The notes below the pieces were generated by a model. That model was given only the letters and a program-made list of their open reading frames with translations. It did not search any database and was not told the DNA's origin. The translations under genes and the position numbers were made by a program. A stretch of DNA of 64,000 nucleotides from an uncultured Planctomycetota bacterium (GTDB lineage Bacteria; Planctomycetota; JAJSAM01; JAKLKS01). Below are positions 38,201 to 48,872 of the stretch, in pieces (position 1 is the first letter of the stretch; every line of letters begins with the position of its first letter). The DNA lies in NCBI GenBank assembly GCA_964607145.1, contig CAZSIX010000003.1, positions 74,039 through 138,038 on the forward strand, in the 5' to 3' direction.

Positions 38201-41200
38201 ATGAGGGGAAACCTGCAGGGTCGCACGGTCGTGCTCGCCTGCGCGCTGGCGGCGGTCGGCGCCGCCGCGTTCGCCGACGGCGTCGGCGTCCGCGCGGTCA
38301 ACGGGGACAAGCTGTCCGCCGCCGTGGACGCGCCGGGCGACGGGGACTCGTTCGCGCTGGACCTGCACGCCGCGGGGAAGTTCTCCGCCACCATCAAGGT
38401 GGCCAAGGGGTCGACCCTTCTCCCGACGCTGCGGCTCTTCCGCCCCGGGGGCGCCGCCCAGTCCCTGCCCCCGCTGACGGGCGCCGGCACGGGGAAGGTC
38501 TCCCTCAAGAACTTCGTCGTCCCCGAGGGGGAGACGGGCACCTGGCGCGCGCTCGTGGAGGGCACCGGCGGCTCCACCGGCGGGTACGAACTGGCGGTGA
38601 AGTGGAAGCCGCCGAAGAAGGTCGCGTTCCCGCCGACGCTCCTCGGACCCGGGGAGGAGCGCGCGTTCGAGTTCCCGCTGGAGGAGGGCGCTTCGTTCAA
38701 GGCCCTCGTCAAGTCCGGGAAGGGGGAGGCCGCCGCGGCCTCGGTGGAGTTCGCCGGGCCCGAGGGCTCGGCGCCCGGGGAGTGGAACGTCGTCGCCGTG
38801 TTGAAGGGCACGAGCCATGCGCTCACGGGCACCCCCGCTTCGGCGACTCCGGCCGCCGCGGGCACCGCGACGCTGATCGTGACCGCGGACGCCGCCGGCG
38901 GGACGTACACCCCCTCGGTCGTCCTCAAGTTCGCGAAGGCGGCCAAGCGGACGGCGCTCCTGCCGACGGAGGCCTCCGTCGGGGGCGTCTCCCCGTCCAC
39001 GCTCCGGCAGTCCAGCACGGGCACGCCGCTGGCGCAATCGATCGACGTCTCGGGCTCCGACTTCCTTCCCGGCACCGTCCTCCGCCAGGACGGCGCGGAA
39101 CCGCTCTCGGCGACGACCTTCGTCTCGTCCGCGCTCCTCCGCGTGACCATGAGCGTCCCCGAGGACGCCCCGTTCGGCACGCGCGACCTGCTGCTCTGCC
39201 CGCCGGAACTCTCCGGCGAGCCGCTGTCGCTCGCGGCGGCGGTGCAGGTGCGCGCCCCGATCCCGACCCTCTCGTCCGTCTCCCCGGCCGTCCTGAAGCA
39301 GGGGGAGGCCGGCGTCGTGCTGACGGTCACCGGCACCGGGTTCCGCGCGGGGGGGAGCATCACGCTGGAGGGGGCCGGTCTCACCCTCGGCTCGACGACC
39401 GTCGTCACGTCGACCCAGGCCCAGGTGACGGTGACGGTGAACTCCGCGGCCGCCGTGGGCGCACGGGACGTCACGTTCACGCAGCCCGCGGCCGGCGGAG
39501 GAGCGGACGTGGTGCGGACCGACGGGATCCAGGTCCACTACCCCGACCCGACCCTCGCCTCCGTCTCCCCCGCGGACGTCACGCAGGGAGTGTCCTCCAT
39601 CCAGTTCACGCTCACGGGCACGGGCTTCCGGGACGGCGGGATCGTGACGCTGGGAGGCGACATCGGCATCTCCGGCGCCGTGCGCCTCTCCGACACGCAG
39701 TACCGCGTGACGCTCGCCGTGGACGCCGCGGCCGCGCTGGGGGCGCGCGACGTGACCTACACGCAGCCCGCCGACGGCGGTTCCGCGTCGAAGACGCTGG
39801 CGGGAGGCCTGGTCGTCAGCGCGCCCACGCCCACCCTCACGACCCTCTCCGGCGCCGTGCTGCGCCAGGGCGCCGTGGCGTCGACGCTCACGGTGAACGG
39901 CACGAACTTCCGCGACGGGGGCGCCATCTCGATCTCCGGCGCCGGCCTGACGCTGGGGACCACGACCATCGTCTCCGCGACCCAGGCCACGGTCCCGGTC
40001 ACCGTGGGGGCCGCGGCGGCGGTCGGACTCCGGGACGTCACCTACACGCAGCCGGTGACCGCCGGCGGCCTGACCGCCACGAAGACGAACGCGTTCCAGG
40101 TCCTCTACCCGATCCCGACGGTCGCTTCCGTCTCGCCGGCCCAGTGGACGCGGGGGGAGACGACGAAGCCCGCGACGATCACCGGGACGGGGTTCCGCAC
40201 GGGGGGCGTCGTGACGACCTCGGGCGCGGGACTGACGCTCGCCTCGGTGGTCGTCGTCAACGACACGACCATCACGCTGAACTACTCCGTGGACGGCGCC
40301 GCCGCGCTGGGCTTCCGCTCCCTCACCTACACGCAGCCCGCCGACGGCGGCGCCGACGCGGCGACGAAGGCGTCCGCCCTCGAGGTCTTCCCCGTGGGCC
40401 CGGAGGTCACGGCGGTCACGCCGTCGGCGTGGATCCCGGGGACGCCCCGGTTCAACGTCGCGCTCACCGGCGTGAACTTCAACTCCGGCACCTCGACGTC
40501 GCTCTCCGGGGCCGGCGTCACCATCCACTCCACCACGTTCGTCTCCTCCACCGCGCTCACGCTCCTCGTCTCCGTCGACTCCGCCGCGGCGCTGGGCCTG
40601 CGCGACCTGACGGTCACCCCGGGTGCGGGCGGCGGCGCGCCGAAGGCGTTCACGGGCGCCGTCGCCATCGCCGGATCGGCGCCGCGGCCGGCGTCCCTCT
40701 CCATCGCGACCCTCGCGCAGGGGGCGACCTCGCTCGCGGTGACCGTGCGCGGGAGCGGCTTCCGCAGCGGGGACACCCTCGCCGCCAGCGGTTCCGGCGT
40801 CACGTTCGCGTCGGTCAGCGTGACGGACTCCGAGACCATCACCGCGCTGGTGACCGCCACCGGGAGCGCCACCACCGGCGCCCGGGACCTCACGGTCACG
40901 CACGCGTCGTCCTCGGGCGGGCTCGCCGGGACGCTGGAGGGCGCCTTCAGCGTCGTGGGCGGCACGCCCACGGTCTCCACGGTCACGCCGGGGACGCTGG
41001 GCCGCACCGCCGGCGGCGGCGCCACGCGCGAGTTCGCCGTCGTGGTCACCGGGACGAACTTCTCCGGCGGCGCGACGCTCACGGCCTCCCGCACGGGCGG
41101 CAGCGGGGTGAGCGTCAAGTCGGGGAGCGAGTCGGTGACCTCGTCCTCGTCGATGGCGGCGACCCTCGCCATCGCCGGCGGGGCCACCGCGGGGACCTGG

Positions 41201-43828
41201 GATCTCAAGGTCACGAACCCCGGCGGAGGGAACGGGACCGGCAGCGGGATCCTCGACATCAAGACGGAGAGCACGCTCGTCGTGAACGCGGTCTCCCCCT
41301 CGTCGGGGACGGCCCACGGCGGCGAGCGCGTCACCGTCTACGGGAGCGGATTCTCGGCCGGCGCGACGGTGGACTTCGGCGCCGTCGCCGCCGGGGGGAC
41401 CCAGGTGATCGACGGCAACACCATCGTCACCACGGCGCCCGTGCCGGCGTCGCTGTCGAAGACCGCGGGGACCACCGTCGCCGTGAAGGTGACCAACCCC
41501 GGCGGCGGGAACGCCAGCCTCGCGTCCGCCTACACCTACGCGGCGGACTCCGGCGCGCCCATGATCGTCTCCACGTTCCCCGCGGACCTCGCCACCGGCG
41601 TGCCCACCAATCTCAGGAAGTACGTGTTCATCCTGAACGAGCCCCTCGCTCTCTCCAGCCTCGGCGCGGGGGACTTCGACTTCTTCGGCTCCTCCTCGCA
41701 GGACATCACCTCGCCGCGCATCCTCTCCTTCGCGGCGCCCGCGGGCACCACTCTCGTCGTCGTCGAGCGCGGGGTCGTGAGCGGCGGAGGGTCGAACGCG
41801 CCGAACCTCGCCAAGAGCAGCGTCTACGCGGCGGACATCAACTCCGGGGCGCAGGATCTCGCGGGCAACGCCTTCACGCCGCTCCCGTTCTTCAGCGGGT
41901 CCATCTACCGGGCGTCCTTCACCACGGGGACCACCACGGACGCGACGGCGCCCACGCTGTCGAGCAGCGTGCCCGCGTCGAGCGCCACCGGGGTGGCGGT
42001 GACGACCGCAGTCTCGCTGGTCTTCTCCGAGGAACTCGACCCGGCCACCGTGGACCTGACGAACATCACGTTCAAGCAGTCGTCCACGACGGTGCCCGCC
42101 GCCATCGCCCTCGGGACGGACCTCCGGACCGTCACCATCACGCCGCTGGGGACGCTGGCCGCCTCGACGACCTACACGACGGCCGTGACCACCGCGGTGA
42201 AGGACCTCTCGGGGAATGCCGTCGCGGCGACCGTCTCGCGCACGTTCACGACGGCCGCCTCCGACGGGATTGTGCCCACCGTGGACGCCGTCGTCTTCGA
42301 GGACATCCGGTCCGACATGGACGGCTCGACGACGTGGGTCTCCGGCACCGACACCGACTCCAACGGCAATCTCCAGTCCGCCGGTTCCACGGTGGGGTTC
42401 GACCTCTACCTGCCGCGGGCGGGGTGGGAGGTCGTGGTGCGGTTCTCCGACGCCGGCGGCGCCGGCATCGACACGTCCACGTTCTCCGCGAAGGCGAGCG
42501 TGGCCGTGGGGAGCGCCTCCGCCAATGCGGAACTCGCGTCGCAGTTCCAGGTGACCCCGACGGAGGCGCGCTGGCGCGTGCCGGCGACGGGCACCGTGCC
42601 CGGCTTCACCACGGGGGAGGACGTGACGCTCACCTTCCTCGTCAAGGACCGGAACGCGAACACGTCCCTCTCGAAGGTCGTCACGTTCGACGTGGTGGAC
42701 AAGGACGGGTCCGCCACGGGAAGCGGGAGCAAGGGCGGGGCGACGGGCGGGGATCACGACCCCCTGGACGCGCGGCAGACCTGGATCCTCCGGGGCGACC
42801 TCGACGCCTACACGGCGTCCTACGCGACCAGCGGGAGCGACGTCGGGGCGACGTCCACGATCTCCTCGAACTCCATCCCCGACCTCGACGAGGCGCTCCG
42901 CCTCATCGGCCTGAACACCGGCTCCATGACCACCGCCGCCGCCGCCACGATGAACGGCACGGAGCGCGGGACCAACGCCATCGTCCGGCAGCGCTTCCTC
43001 GATCGCGTGCGGGCGAGCCTGCGCGCCCACTTCGGCATCGCCGAGGACGGCGTGCGCGACGCCGGCTCCGTGGACATCGAGTTCCTCCTCCCCGGCGAGC
43101 AGGGCGCGCTCACCTCCATGCCCGCGTACTCCGCCGCCAACGCGTTCAGCAGCGGGAAGGCGTTCTCCGAGATCTCCATCGGCGGACCCTTCGGCGCCGA
43201 GGGGAACGCGTTCACGACGGGACCGGTCCTCGGGCTCGCGTGGATCGACGCGCGGAACACCCGGCAGGAGGCCAACCTCAACTTCGGCTCGGGCGGCAAC
43301 ACGACGGGGATCTTCCTGATGGGCATGCTGAAACTCCAGGTCAACGACTCCTCCGCGACGCTGTTCGGCGGGTCCATCTCCGACGTGTTCGTGACGGCGC
43401 GGGGAGGGAAGCCCGTGGGGGAGGACGCGCTGGACGACAACGTCCTCGCGGACACCTTCGATCGCACGTCCGGCGGGAACTCCGCCGCGGAGAACGTCCG
43501 GTACGACGCCATCATGGACGCCGTGGAACTGGTGGCGTTCTACGTGGGCACCGTCACCGCGCACGAGATCGGGCACTCCACGGGGCTCGTGGCCGACGGG
43601 GCGCCGAAGCCCGGGCTCTTCGGCAACGCCCACCGCAGCAACTCGTTCACCGAGGCGACCAGCGCCAACCCGAACACGTCGTTCCACCTGAACTACCCGG
43701 GCGTGGACATCATGGCGCCGTCGGTCGGGTTCGAGACGGCGGTCGCCACGGGGACCGATTTCCCCGTCTTCAATCCCGTGGAACTGGCCTACCTGCGCAA
43801 CCGCAGCGTCATCGACGAGGGGAAGTGA
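38201..43828 (+). CDS. Giant secreted multi-domain protein (1875 aa): N-terminal PPC-like domain, ~10 tandem Ig-like repeats, SbsA/Big-like domains, and C-terminal HExxHxxG zincin-like (putative metalloprotease) domain
   Basis: Signal peptide MRGNLQGRTVVLACALAAVGAAAFA. PPC-like segment DGDSFALDLHAAGKFSATIKVAKG. The repeat motif ..PT(L/V)xSVSPA...QG.....T.TGTGFR.GG..T..GAG.T.....V.S.TQ..V.V...AA.G.RDVTYTQPA.GG recurs about 10 times. Near the C-terminus is VGTVTAHEIGHSTGLVADGAP (HExxHxxG..D). Possible leaderless promoter: TTGACT, a 17-nt spacer containing palindrome CCCGCGtCGCGGG, then CATGAT 7 nt before the ATG. Confidence 0.85.
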   Translation: MRGNLQGRTVVLACALAAVGAAAFADGVGVRAVNGDKLSAAVDAPGDGDSFALDLHAAGKFSATIKVAKGSTLLPTLRLFRPGGAAQSLPPLTGAGTGKVSLKNFVVPEGETGTWRALVEGTGGSTGGYELAVKWKPPKKVAFPPTLLGPGEERAFEFPLEEGASFKALVKSGKGEAAAASVEFAGPEGSAPGEWNVVAVLKGTSHALTGTPASATPAAAGTATLIVTADAAGGTYTPSVVLKFAKAAKRTALLPTEASVGGVSPSTLRQSSTGTPLAQSIDVSGSDFLPGTVLRQDGAEPLSATTFVSSALLRVTMSVPEDAPFGTRDLLLCPPELSGEPLSLAAAVQVRAPIPTLSSVSPAVLKQGEAGVVLTVTGTGFRAGGSITLEGAGLTLGSTTVVTSTQAQVTVTVNSAAAVGARDVTFTQPAAGGGADVVRTDGIQVHYPDPTLASVSPADVTQGVSSIQFTLTGTGFRDGGIVTLGGDIGISGAVRLSDTQYRVTLAVDAAAALGARDVTYTQPADGGSASKTLAGGLVVSAPTPTLTTLSGAVLRQGAVASTLTVNGTNFRDGGAISISGAGLTLGTTTIVSATQATVPVTVGAAAAVGLRDVTYTQPVTAGGLTATKTNAFQVLYPIPTVASVSPAQWTRGETTKPATITGTGFRTGGVVTTSGAGLTLASVVVVNDTTITLNYSVDGAAALGFRSLTYTQPADGGADAATKASALEVFPVGPEVTAVTPSAWIPGTPRFNVALTGVNFNSGTSTSLSGAGVTIHSTTFVSSTALTLLVSVDSAAALGLRDLTVTPGAGGGAPKAFTGAVAIAGSAPRPASLSIATLAQGATSLAVTVRGSGFRSGDTLAASGSGVTFASVSVTDSETITALVTATGSATTGARDLTVTHASSSGGLAGTLEGAFSVVGGTPTVSTVTPGTLGRTAGGGATREFAVVVTGTNFSGGATLTASRTGGSGVSVKSGSESVTSSSSMAATLAIAGGATAGTWDLKVTNPGGGNGTGSGILDIKTESTLVVNAVSPSSGTAHGGERVTVYGSGFSAGATVDFGAVAAGGTQVIDGNTIVTTAPVPASLSKTAGTTVAVKVTNPGGGNASLASAYTYAADSGAPMIVSTFPADLATGVPTNLRKYVFILNEPLALSSLGAGDFDFFGSSSQDITSPRILSFAAPAGTTLVVVERGVVSGGGSNAPNLAKSSVYAADINSGAQDLAGNAFTPLPFFSGSIYRASFTTGTTTDATAPTLSSSVPASSATGVAVTTAVSLVFSEELDPATVDLTNITFKQSSTTVPAAIALGTDLRTVTITPLGTLAASTTYTTAVTTAVKDLSGNAVAATVSRTFTTAASDGIVPTVDAVVFEDIRSDMDGSTTWVSGTDTDSNGNLQSAGSTVGFDLYLPRAGWEVVVRFSDAGGAGIDTSTFSAKASVAVGSASANAELASQFQVTPTEARWRVPATGTVPGFTTGEDVTLTFLVKDRNANTSLSKVVTFDVVDKDGSATGSGSKGGATGGDHDPLDARQTWILRGDLDAYTASYATSGSDVGATSTISSNSIPDLDEALRLIGLNTGSMTTAAAATMNGTERGTNAIVRQRFLDRVRASLRAHFGIAEDGVRDAGSVDIEFLLPGEQGALTSMPAYSAANAFSSGKAFSEISIGGPFGAEGNAFTTGPVLGLAWIDARNTRQEANLNFGSGGNTTGIFLMGMLKLQVNDSSATLFGGSISDVFVTARGGKPVGEDALDDNVLADTFDRTSGGNSAAENVRYDAIMDAVELVAFYVGTVTAHEIGHSTGLVADGAPKPGLFGNAHRSNSFTEATSANPNTSFHLNYPGVDIMAPSVGFETAVATGTDFPVFNPVELAYLRNRSVIDEGK
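39250..41530 (+). repeat. Tandem ~95-aa Ig-like domain repeats within giant protein 1 (coding)
   Basis: At least ten consecutive units share the TGTGFR.GG ... RDVTYTQPA.GG pattern. Read from the translation; nucleotide-level identity was not assessed. Confidence 0.65.
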
Positions 43829-43829
43829 C

Positions 43830-45038
43830 ATGGGATCCCGCCTCCACCGCCCGTTCGCCGCCGTCGCCCTTCTCGCGGCGGCCCTCGCCCCCGCGGCCCG
43901 TGCGGAGACGCGCGACCCGCGGACCCTCACGCTCGGGTGGCTCACGGAGCGCGCCGCCGTCGTCGCCCTCCTCACCGTCGACGAGGCGACGGGGGAGGGG
44001 CCGCTGCGGGAGGCCCGCGCGCGCGTGGACGAGGTGCTGCGCGGGGCGGCCCTCCGCGCGGGGGAGGCCGCCGTCCTCGCCTTCCAGGACACGGGGCACG
44101 GCGTCCCCTGGGTGCCCGGGGCGCGCCACCTCGCGTTCCTGGAGCCGGGGCCCGCGGCCGCCGACGGATCCGCGCGCTGGGGGTTCGTCTCCGGGTTCCA
44201 CGGGCTGAAGCGGGTCGTCACGGAGGGCCCCGAGGGCCGATTCCCCGATCTCGTCCGCGCCTACGCGGCGCTGCTCGACGGGGAGGGGCTGCCGACCCGG
44301 CGCGAGGCGCTGCGGGCGCTCCTCGTGGAGTGGATGGGGGATGGAGACGCCGGCGTGCGGTGGAGCGCGGCGACGGACTTCGTGCGCATCGCCGGCCTCC
44401 GCGACGGGATGGCCGAGGACGAGCGGGCGCGCGTGGCGGCGGCGTTCCGCGCGGCGCCGTCCGGGAAGGACGACAAGGGCGCGCTGGCGGTGGCCACGGG
44501 CCACGCCGGCGGCTCCGACGCCGCGGCGGCGCTCGTGGAGGGACTGGCGGACGCGCGGGCCCGGGAGTTCCGCGGCGACGTGGCGGAGGGGCTCCGGCGC
44601 CTCGGGGATCCCGGCGCGCCGGCCCGGCTCGCCGCGACGCTGGAAGGGGCCCCGCCGCCGCGGCGCGCCGACGTCGCGTTCGTCCTGGGGAGGAGCGGGG
44701 ATCCGGCGGGGGCCGCCACGGCGCGGGCGCTGGTGGCCGACGCCGCGGGGGAGGTGCGCATCGAGGCCGCCCACGCCGTGGGCCTGCTGGCCCGGGCGGA
44801 GCGGCGGCGGGACGGCGAGTCCCGGAGCGCGGGCCGCGCCGAACTCCTGTCCATGTTCGAGCAGGCCGCGGACGCGTGGCAGGAGCGGCGGGCCGCCCTC
44901 TGGGCCCTCGTGCAGCTGGACGACCCCGAGGCGTTCGCCGCCGTGCGCCTCCTGGCGGAGAGCCACGGGGATCCCCGCGTGAGAGCGGAGGCCGCGCAGC
45001 GGCTCCGGTTCCCCAGGGAGTCGCTGATCCTGCGGTAG
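43830..45038 (+). CDS. Secreted HEAT/PBS-lyase-type repeat protein, translationally coupled to giant protein 1
   Basis: ATG 2 nt after the giant gene's stop. Signal peptide AAVALLAAALAPAARA. Ala/Leu/Arg-rich helical repeats with periodic D-x-x-VR and G-D-P motifs (GDPRVRAEAAQRL). Confidence 0.7.
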   Translation: MGSRLHRPFAAVALLAAALAPAARAETRDPRTLTLGWLTERAAVVALLTVDEATGEGPLREARARVDEVLRGAALRAGEAAVLAFQDTGHGVPWVPGARHLAFLEPGPAAADGSARWGFVSGFHGLKRVVTEGPEGRFPDLVRAYAALLDGEGLPTRREALRALLVEWMGDGDAGVRWSAATDFVRIAGLRDGMAEDERARVAAAFRAAPSGKDDKGALAVATGHAGGSDAAAALVEGLADARAREFRGDVAEGLRRLGDPGAPARLAATLEGAPPPRRADVAFVLGRSGDPAGAATARALVADAAGEVRIEAAHAVGLLARAERRRDGESRSAGRAELLSMFEQAADAWQERRAALWALVQLDDPEAFAAVRLLAESHGDPRVRAEAAQRLRFPRESLILR

Positions 45039-45068
45039 CCCCCCGCGGCGGGGGGGTACGATCCCGCC

Positions 45069-46328
45069 ATGGCCACGCCCGCGAAGGTCACGCTGGACGA
45101 CGTCCGCGCCGCCGCCGCCGCGCTGACGGACATCATCCGTCCGACCCGGCTCATCCCGTCCCATGCGCTGAGCGATCACCTGGGGCGGGAGGTGCTGCTG
45201 AAGCCGGAGAACTTCCAGCGCACCGGGTCCTTCAAGATCCGGGGCGCCTACAACCGCATGCGGCTCCTCTCGAAGGAGGCGCGCGGGCGCGGCGTCCTGG
45301 CGGCGTCCGCGGGCAACCACGCGCAGGGGGTGTCGCTGGCCGCCCAGTTCCTCGGCGTCCCCGCCACCATCTGCATGCCCGAGACGACGCCGGCCGTGAA
45401 GATCCAGCGGACGCGCATCTACGGCGCCGAGGTGGAACTCGTCCGGGGCGACTTCGAGGCGGCCACGGAGCGCTGCCGCGCGCTGGCGGAGGAGCGGGGC
45501 GCCGCCATCATCCCCACCTACGATGATCCGGCGGTCATCGCGGGCCAGGGCACCGTGGGCCTGGAGATCCTCGAGGAGTGCCCCGGCGCGGACCACATCT
45601 TCGTGCCCGTGGGCGGCGGCGGGCTGGCGGCGGGCATCGCCGTCGCCGCGCGCGCGCTGCGGCCCGGCGTGCGGGTGGTCGGCGTCCAGGCGGAGGGTTG
45701 CCCCTCGCTCCTGGAGGCGCTGCGCGGCGGGGAGCCGACGACGGTTCCCAAGTCCACGACCTTCGCCGAGGGCATCGCCGTGCGGCGCGTCGGGGAGGTG
45801 CCCTTCGCCCTCCTGAAGGAGCACCTCGCCGACGCCGTGGCCGTGAGCGACGACGCCATCGCCCGCGCCATGGTCGCGCTCATGGAGAAGTCGAAACTGG
45901 TCGTGGAGGCCGCCGGCGCCGTCGGCGCCGCGGCCCTGCTCTCCGGGGCGCGGGTGGACGGCAAGGGGCCCGTCGTGGTCGTCATCTCCGGCGGCAACGC
46001 CGACCTCAACGTGATCCAGCGCGTCATCGAGCGCGGCCTGATGGCGGAGGGCCGGTACGTCCGCATCACCGTGAAGATGCCGGACCGCCCGGGCAACCTC
46101 GCCCTCGTGCTCGCCGTGGTGGCGGCCCACGGCGGCAACGTGGTGGACGTGGACCACGACCGGGGCGGCTGGAGGGTCTCGCTGGGCGAGGTCAACGCGT
46201 CGCTGCTGGTGGAACTGAAGGAGGCCGGCGCCGGCGAGGAGATCCTCGCCGCGGTGCGCTCCGCGGGCTTCGACGCGACCCTGCTGGGCCGCGACGAGTA
46301 CGAGAAGCAGGCGCGCGGCGGGGGGTAG
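45069..46328 (+). CDS. ilvA: Threonine dehydratase / threonine ammonia-lyase (PLP-dependent, single C-terminal ACT-like domain)
   Basis: PLP-lysine motif TGSFKIRGA, plus GNHAQG and glycine-loop VGGGGLAAG. C-terminal regulatory domain present. 419 aa. Confidence 0.9.
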   Translation: MATPAKVTLDDVRAAAAALTDIIRPTRLIPSHALSDHLGREVLLKPENFQRTGSFKIRGAYNRMRLLSKEARGRGVLAASAGNHAQGVSLAAQFLGVPATICMPETTPAVKIQRTRIYGAEVELVRGDFEAATERCRALAEERGAAIIPTYDDPAVIAGQGTVGLEILEECPGADHIFVPVGGGGLAAGIAVAARALRPGVRVVGVQAEGCPSLLEALRGGEPTTVPKSTTFAEGIAVRRVGEVPFALLKEHLADAVAVSDDAIARAMVALMEKSKLVVEAAGAVGAAALLSGARVDGKGPVVVVISGGNADLNVIQRVIERGLMAEGRYVRITVKMPDRPGNLALVLAVVAAHGGNVVDVDHDRGGWRVSLGEVNASLLVELKEAGAGEEILAAVRSAGFDATLLGRDEYEKQARGGG

Positions 46329-46367
46329 GGCCCCCGGGCGCCACGGCCGGCCTCCGCCGGCCCCGTC

Positions 46368-48872
46368 CTACTCCTCGATCTGGCGCTTGCGGCGGACGAA
46401 GTTCGTGAGGAAGCGGAACGCCGACTGGTCGGTGACCTCCCGCTCCGCCTCCGCCTGCTTGGCGTAGACGCCGCGCTCGCGCAGGTCGCGGATCCTCTCG
46501 TAGGAGAAGCCGAAGTGGTCGGCGGAGAACGCCATGCGATCCTCCTCCGTCTTGATGCTCACGTTCTTCGCGTCCTTCAACTTGCTCAGGGTCTGGCGGT
46601 CGAAGTGGTTCGACGAGCCCATGACCACGCCGTGGCCCGACGTGAACCACGCCGCCAGGTTGCCGCCGCCGTTCCAGCGCGTCGCGCAGTCGGGGCTGTC
46701 CATGAGCACCTCGCAGCGCTCGGGGTCGAGCACCTCGATGAGGTAGGCGCCGTAGAGTTCGTACATGGGGCGGGAGACGTCGGGGAACACGCCGTCGAGG
46801 TACGTCGTCTCCGTGGGCATCTCCTCGGCGCGCACCTTGTCGAGGACCTGGCCCTTCGCCTTGGGGTACTTCCGGATGGTGTCCGGGAACTCCTTCCCGA
46901 TGGTCTCGTTGATGGCCCAGCAGGAACCGAAGAGCGCCCCGCCCACGTGCACGAACCACTGGATGCGGTCGTGGTCCTCCTTCTGCACCTCGCCGGTGCA
47001 GTTCGCCACGAAGACGCCGAAGGGCTGGAGGCCCGTCTCCACGACGCCCTTGGCGCGCGTCATCCGGTGGTTCACCTCCAGCGTCGTCAGCAGGTTCTCG
47101 ATGGAGTCGCCCCGGCTCTGGAGGACCACGACGTCGAGGTCCTCGTACACGTCCCGGTCGCGGAGGGCGTATCCGTACTTCTTGGCGTCCCGGATCTCCT
47201 TCTCCCGATCGATGATCTCGAAGGTCGCCTCCTCGGCGGCCCACCAGTCCTCCCAGGACTTCCGCCGCAGCGGGAGGTCCTTGCCCGCGAGCCGCTTCAG
47301 GAACTCCCACGCGGTGCGGGAGACGCACGGCTCCGCGTCCCCGACGGCCACCACGAGATGGGGGATGGCCTTGGCCGACTTGAGCCAGCCCAGCCCGGCC
47401 GCGGCGGCTCCCCGGTTCCGCCAGTCCTTGTGGCCCAGCGCGGCGACCAGCGCCGGGAGCCCCTTCTCGTCGCGGGTCTTCCCGAGGGAGACGGCGGCGC
47501 TGCACGCGACCTCCCAGGCGGTGTCCTTCTCCACCGCCGCCGCCAGCACCTCCGCGGCGCCGGGGACCTTGGGCACGCCCAGCCGGACGGCGGCCTCCTC
47601 GCGCACCACGGGGGACTCGTCGTACCGGAGGACCTTGGCGAAGAGCGCGAAGGCGTCGTCGGCGCGGGCGGTCTTCCAGCGGGAGTAGCCGCGGAGCGCG
47701 TGGAACCGGACCGACGGCGTCTTGTCGGCGATGCAGGTGCGGGCGAGGTGCTCCAGCGCCGCGTCCCCGCCCGCGCGACCGAGAGCGGCGGCGGCGGCGC
47801 GCCGCGCCTCGACCCCCGCGTGGGTCAGCCCCACCTCCGCCAGCGCCGCCACCACGCGGGAGGCGTCGCCGATGGGGCCCGCGCCCTCCTGGAGGGTGAC
47901 GACGGACGCGTTGGGGTTCTGCGGTGCGGCCGCGGGAGGCGGAGGGGCGGCGCCCGCCGCTTCCCCCGGCGCTCCCGGTTCCGGCGTCTCGGCGGGGGGC
48001 GGCAGGGGGAGGCCGCGGGCCACGGACCCCAGCACGCGGGCGAGTCGGGCGGAGGCGATGGAGTCCTTCTCGTTGCGGTACGCGCCCACGATGCGCTGCA
48101 CCGCCCGGTCGACGTCCTCGTTCTCCCGGTGGGTCCAGAGGATCCGTCGGATCGCCGCCGCGGCGCGGCGCTCCACGAGGTCCAGCAGGTCCTTCGACTG
48201 GAGGAGCGACACGAGGACCGGCAGGGCCTCCAGGGACCCCGTGCGCGCCATGCCCTCGACGGCCCCCGCCCGGGCCCCGATGTCCGGATCCTCGAAGAGC
48301 GTCTCCAGTTCCTTGAGGACCGACGGATCCCGGGTCGCCCCGGTGGCCGCCGCGGCCTCCCGGCGGACCACGCCCTCCTTGTTCCGGATGGCGGCGCGCA
48401 GCCCCTCCAGCGACGACGCGTGCCGGATCTCCGCCAGCGCCTCCGCCGCCAGCGCGGGGACCATGTCCTTGGCGCGCAACGCGGGGATGAGCATCTTCGC
48501 GCCCTCCTCGGGGGCGATGGCCCCGAGGGCGGCGGCGGCGGTCAGCCGGATGCGCCGGATGTCGCCGTTCACCGCCAGTTCCGCGAGGGGGCGGAGGGAG
48601 GCCTTGGGCGTGCCGCGGCGGGCCAGGCCGGCGCAGGCGGCCTGCACGACCTCCCAGTCCCGGTCCGCGGTGGCGAGCAGCAGGAACGCCTCCGCGCCCT
48701 CGCCCCCGTTGTTGGCCGCCTGGCGGACGGCGGCGAGGCGGTCCCTCACGTCGGCGCTCTTGAGGGCGGCGGGGTCGTACTCCTGGGCGCGCGCCGGCGG
48801 CGGGAGGAGGGCGCCCGCGGCCAGGAGCAGCGCGACGAGAGGGAGAGGCCTTCCGCGGGGGGGCTGGCTCAT
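46368..48872 (-). CDS. Secreted HEAT-repeat protein with C-terminal domain of unknown function (834 aa)
   Basis: Signal peptide MSQPPRGRPLPLVALLLAAGALLPPPARAQ (ATG 48872). Multiple HEAT-like helical pairs (DWEVVQAACAGLARRG, DPDIGARAGAVEGMARTG, SPVVREEAAVRLG, DWRNRGAAAAGLG). The C-terminal ~250 aa are more polar and resemble no known domain. The upstream part of the ORF to 49100 is excluded. Confidence 0.7.
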   Translation of the reverse strand: MSQPPRGRPLPLVALLLAAGALLPPPARAQEYDPAALKSADVRDRLAAVRQAANNGGEGAEAFLLLATADRDWEVVQAACAGLARRGTPKASLRPLAELAVNGDIRRIRLTAAAALGAIAPEEGAKMLIPALRAKDMVPALAAEALAEIRHASSLEGLRAAIRNKEGVVRREAAAATGATRDPSVLKELETLFEDPDIGARAGAVEGMARTGSLEALPVLVSLLQSKDLLDLVERRAAAAIRRILWTHRENEDVDRAVQRIVGAYRNEKDSIASARLARVLGSVARGLPLPPPAETPEPGAPGEAAGAAPPPPAAAPQNPNASVVTLQEGAGPIGDASRVVAALAEVGLTHAGVEARRAAAAALGRAGGDAALEHLARTCIADKTPSVRFHALRGYSRWKTARADDAFALFAKVLRYDESPVVREEAAVRLGVPKVPGAAEVLAAAVEKDTAWEVACSAAVSLGKTRDEKGLPALVAALGHKDWRNRGAAAAGLGWLKSAKAIPHLVVAVGDAEPCVSRTAWEFLKRLAGKDLPLRRKSWEDWWAAEEATFEIIDREKEIRDAKKYGYALRDRDVYEDLDVVVLQSRGDSIENLLTTLEVNHRMTRAKGVVETGLQPFGVFVANCTGEVQKEDHDRIQWFVHVGGALFGSCWAINETIGKEFPDTIRKYPKAKGQVLDKVRAEEMPTETTYLDGVFPDVSRPMYELYGAYLIEVLDPERCEVLMDSPDCATRWNGGGNLAAWFTSGHGVVMGSSNHFDRQTLSKLKDAKNVSIKTEEDRMAFSADHFGFSYERIRDLRERGVYAKQAEAEREVTDQSAFRFLTNFVRRKRQIEE

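Noticed and set aside
43809-46157. 782-aa minus-strand ORF across the HEAT-1 and ilvA genes
   Set aside because: Antisense to a clear threonine dehydratase with PLP motifs, and itself low complexity.
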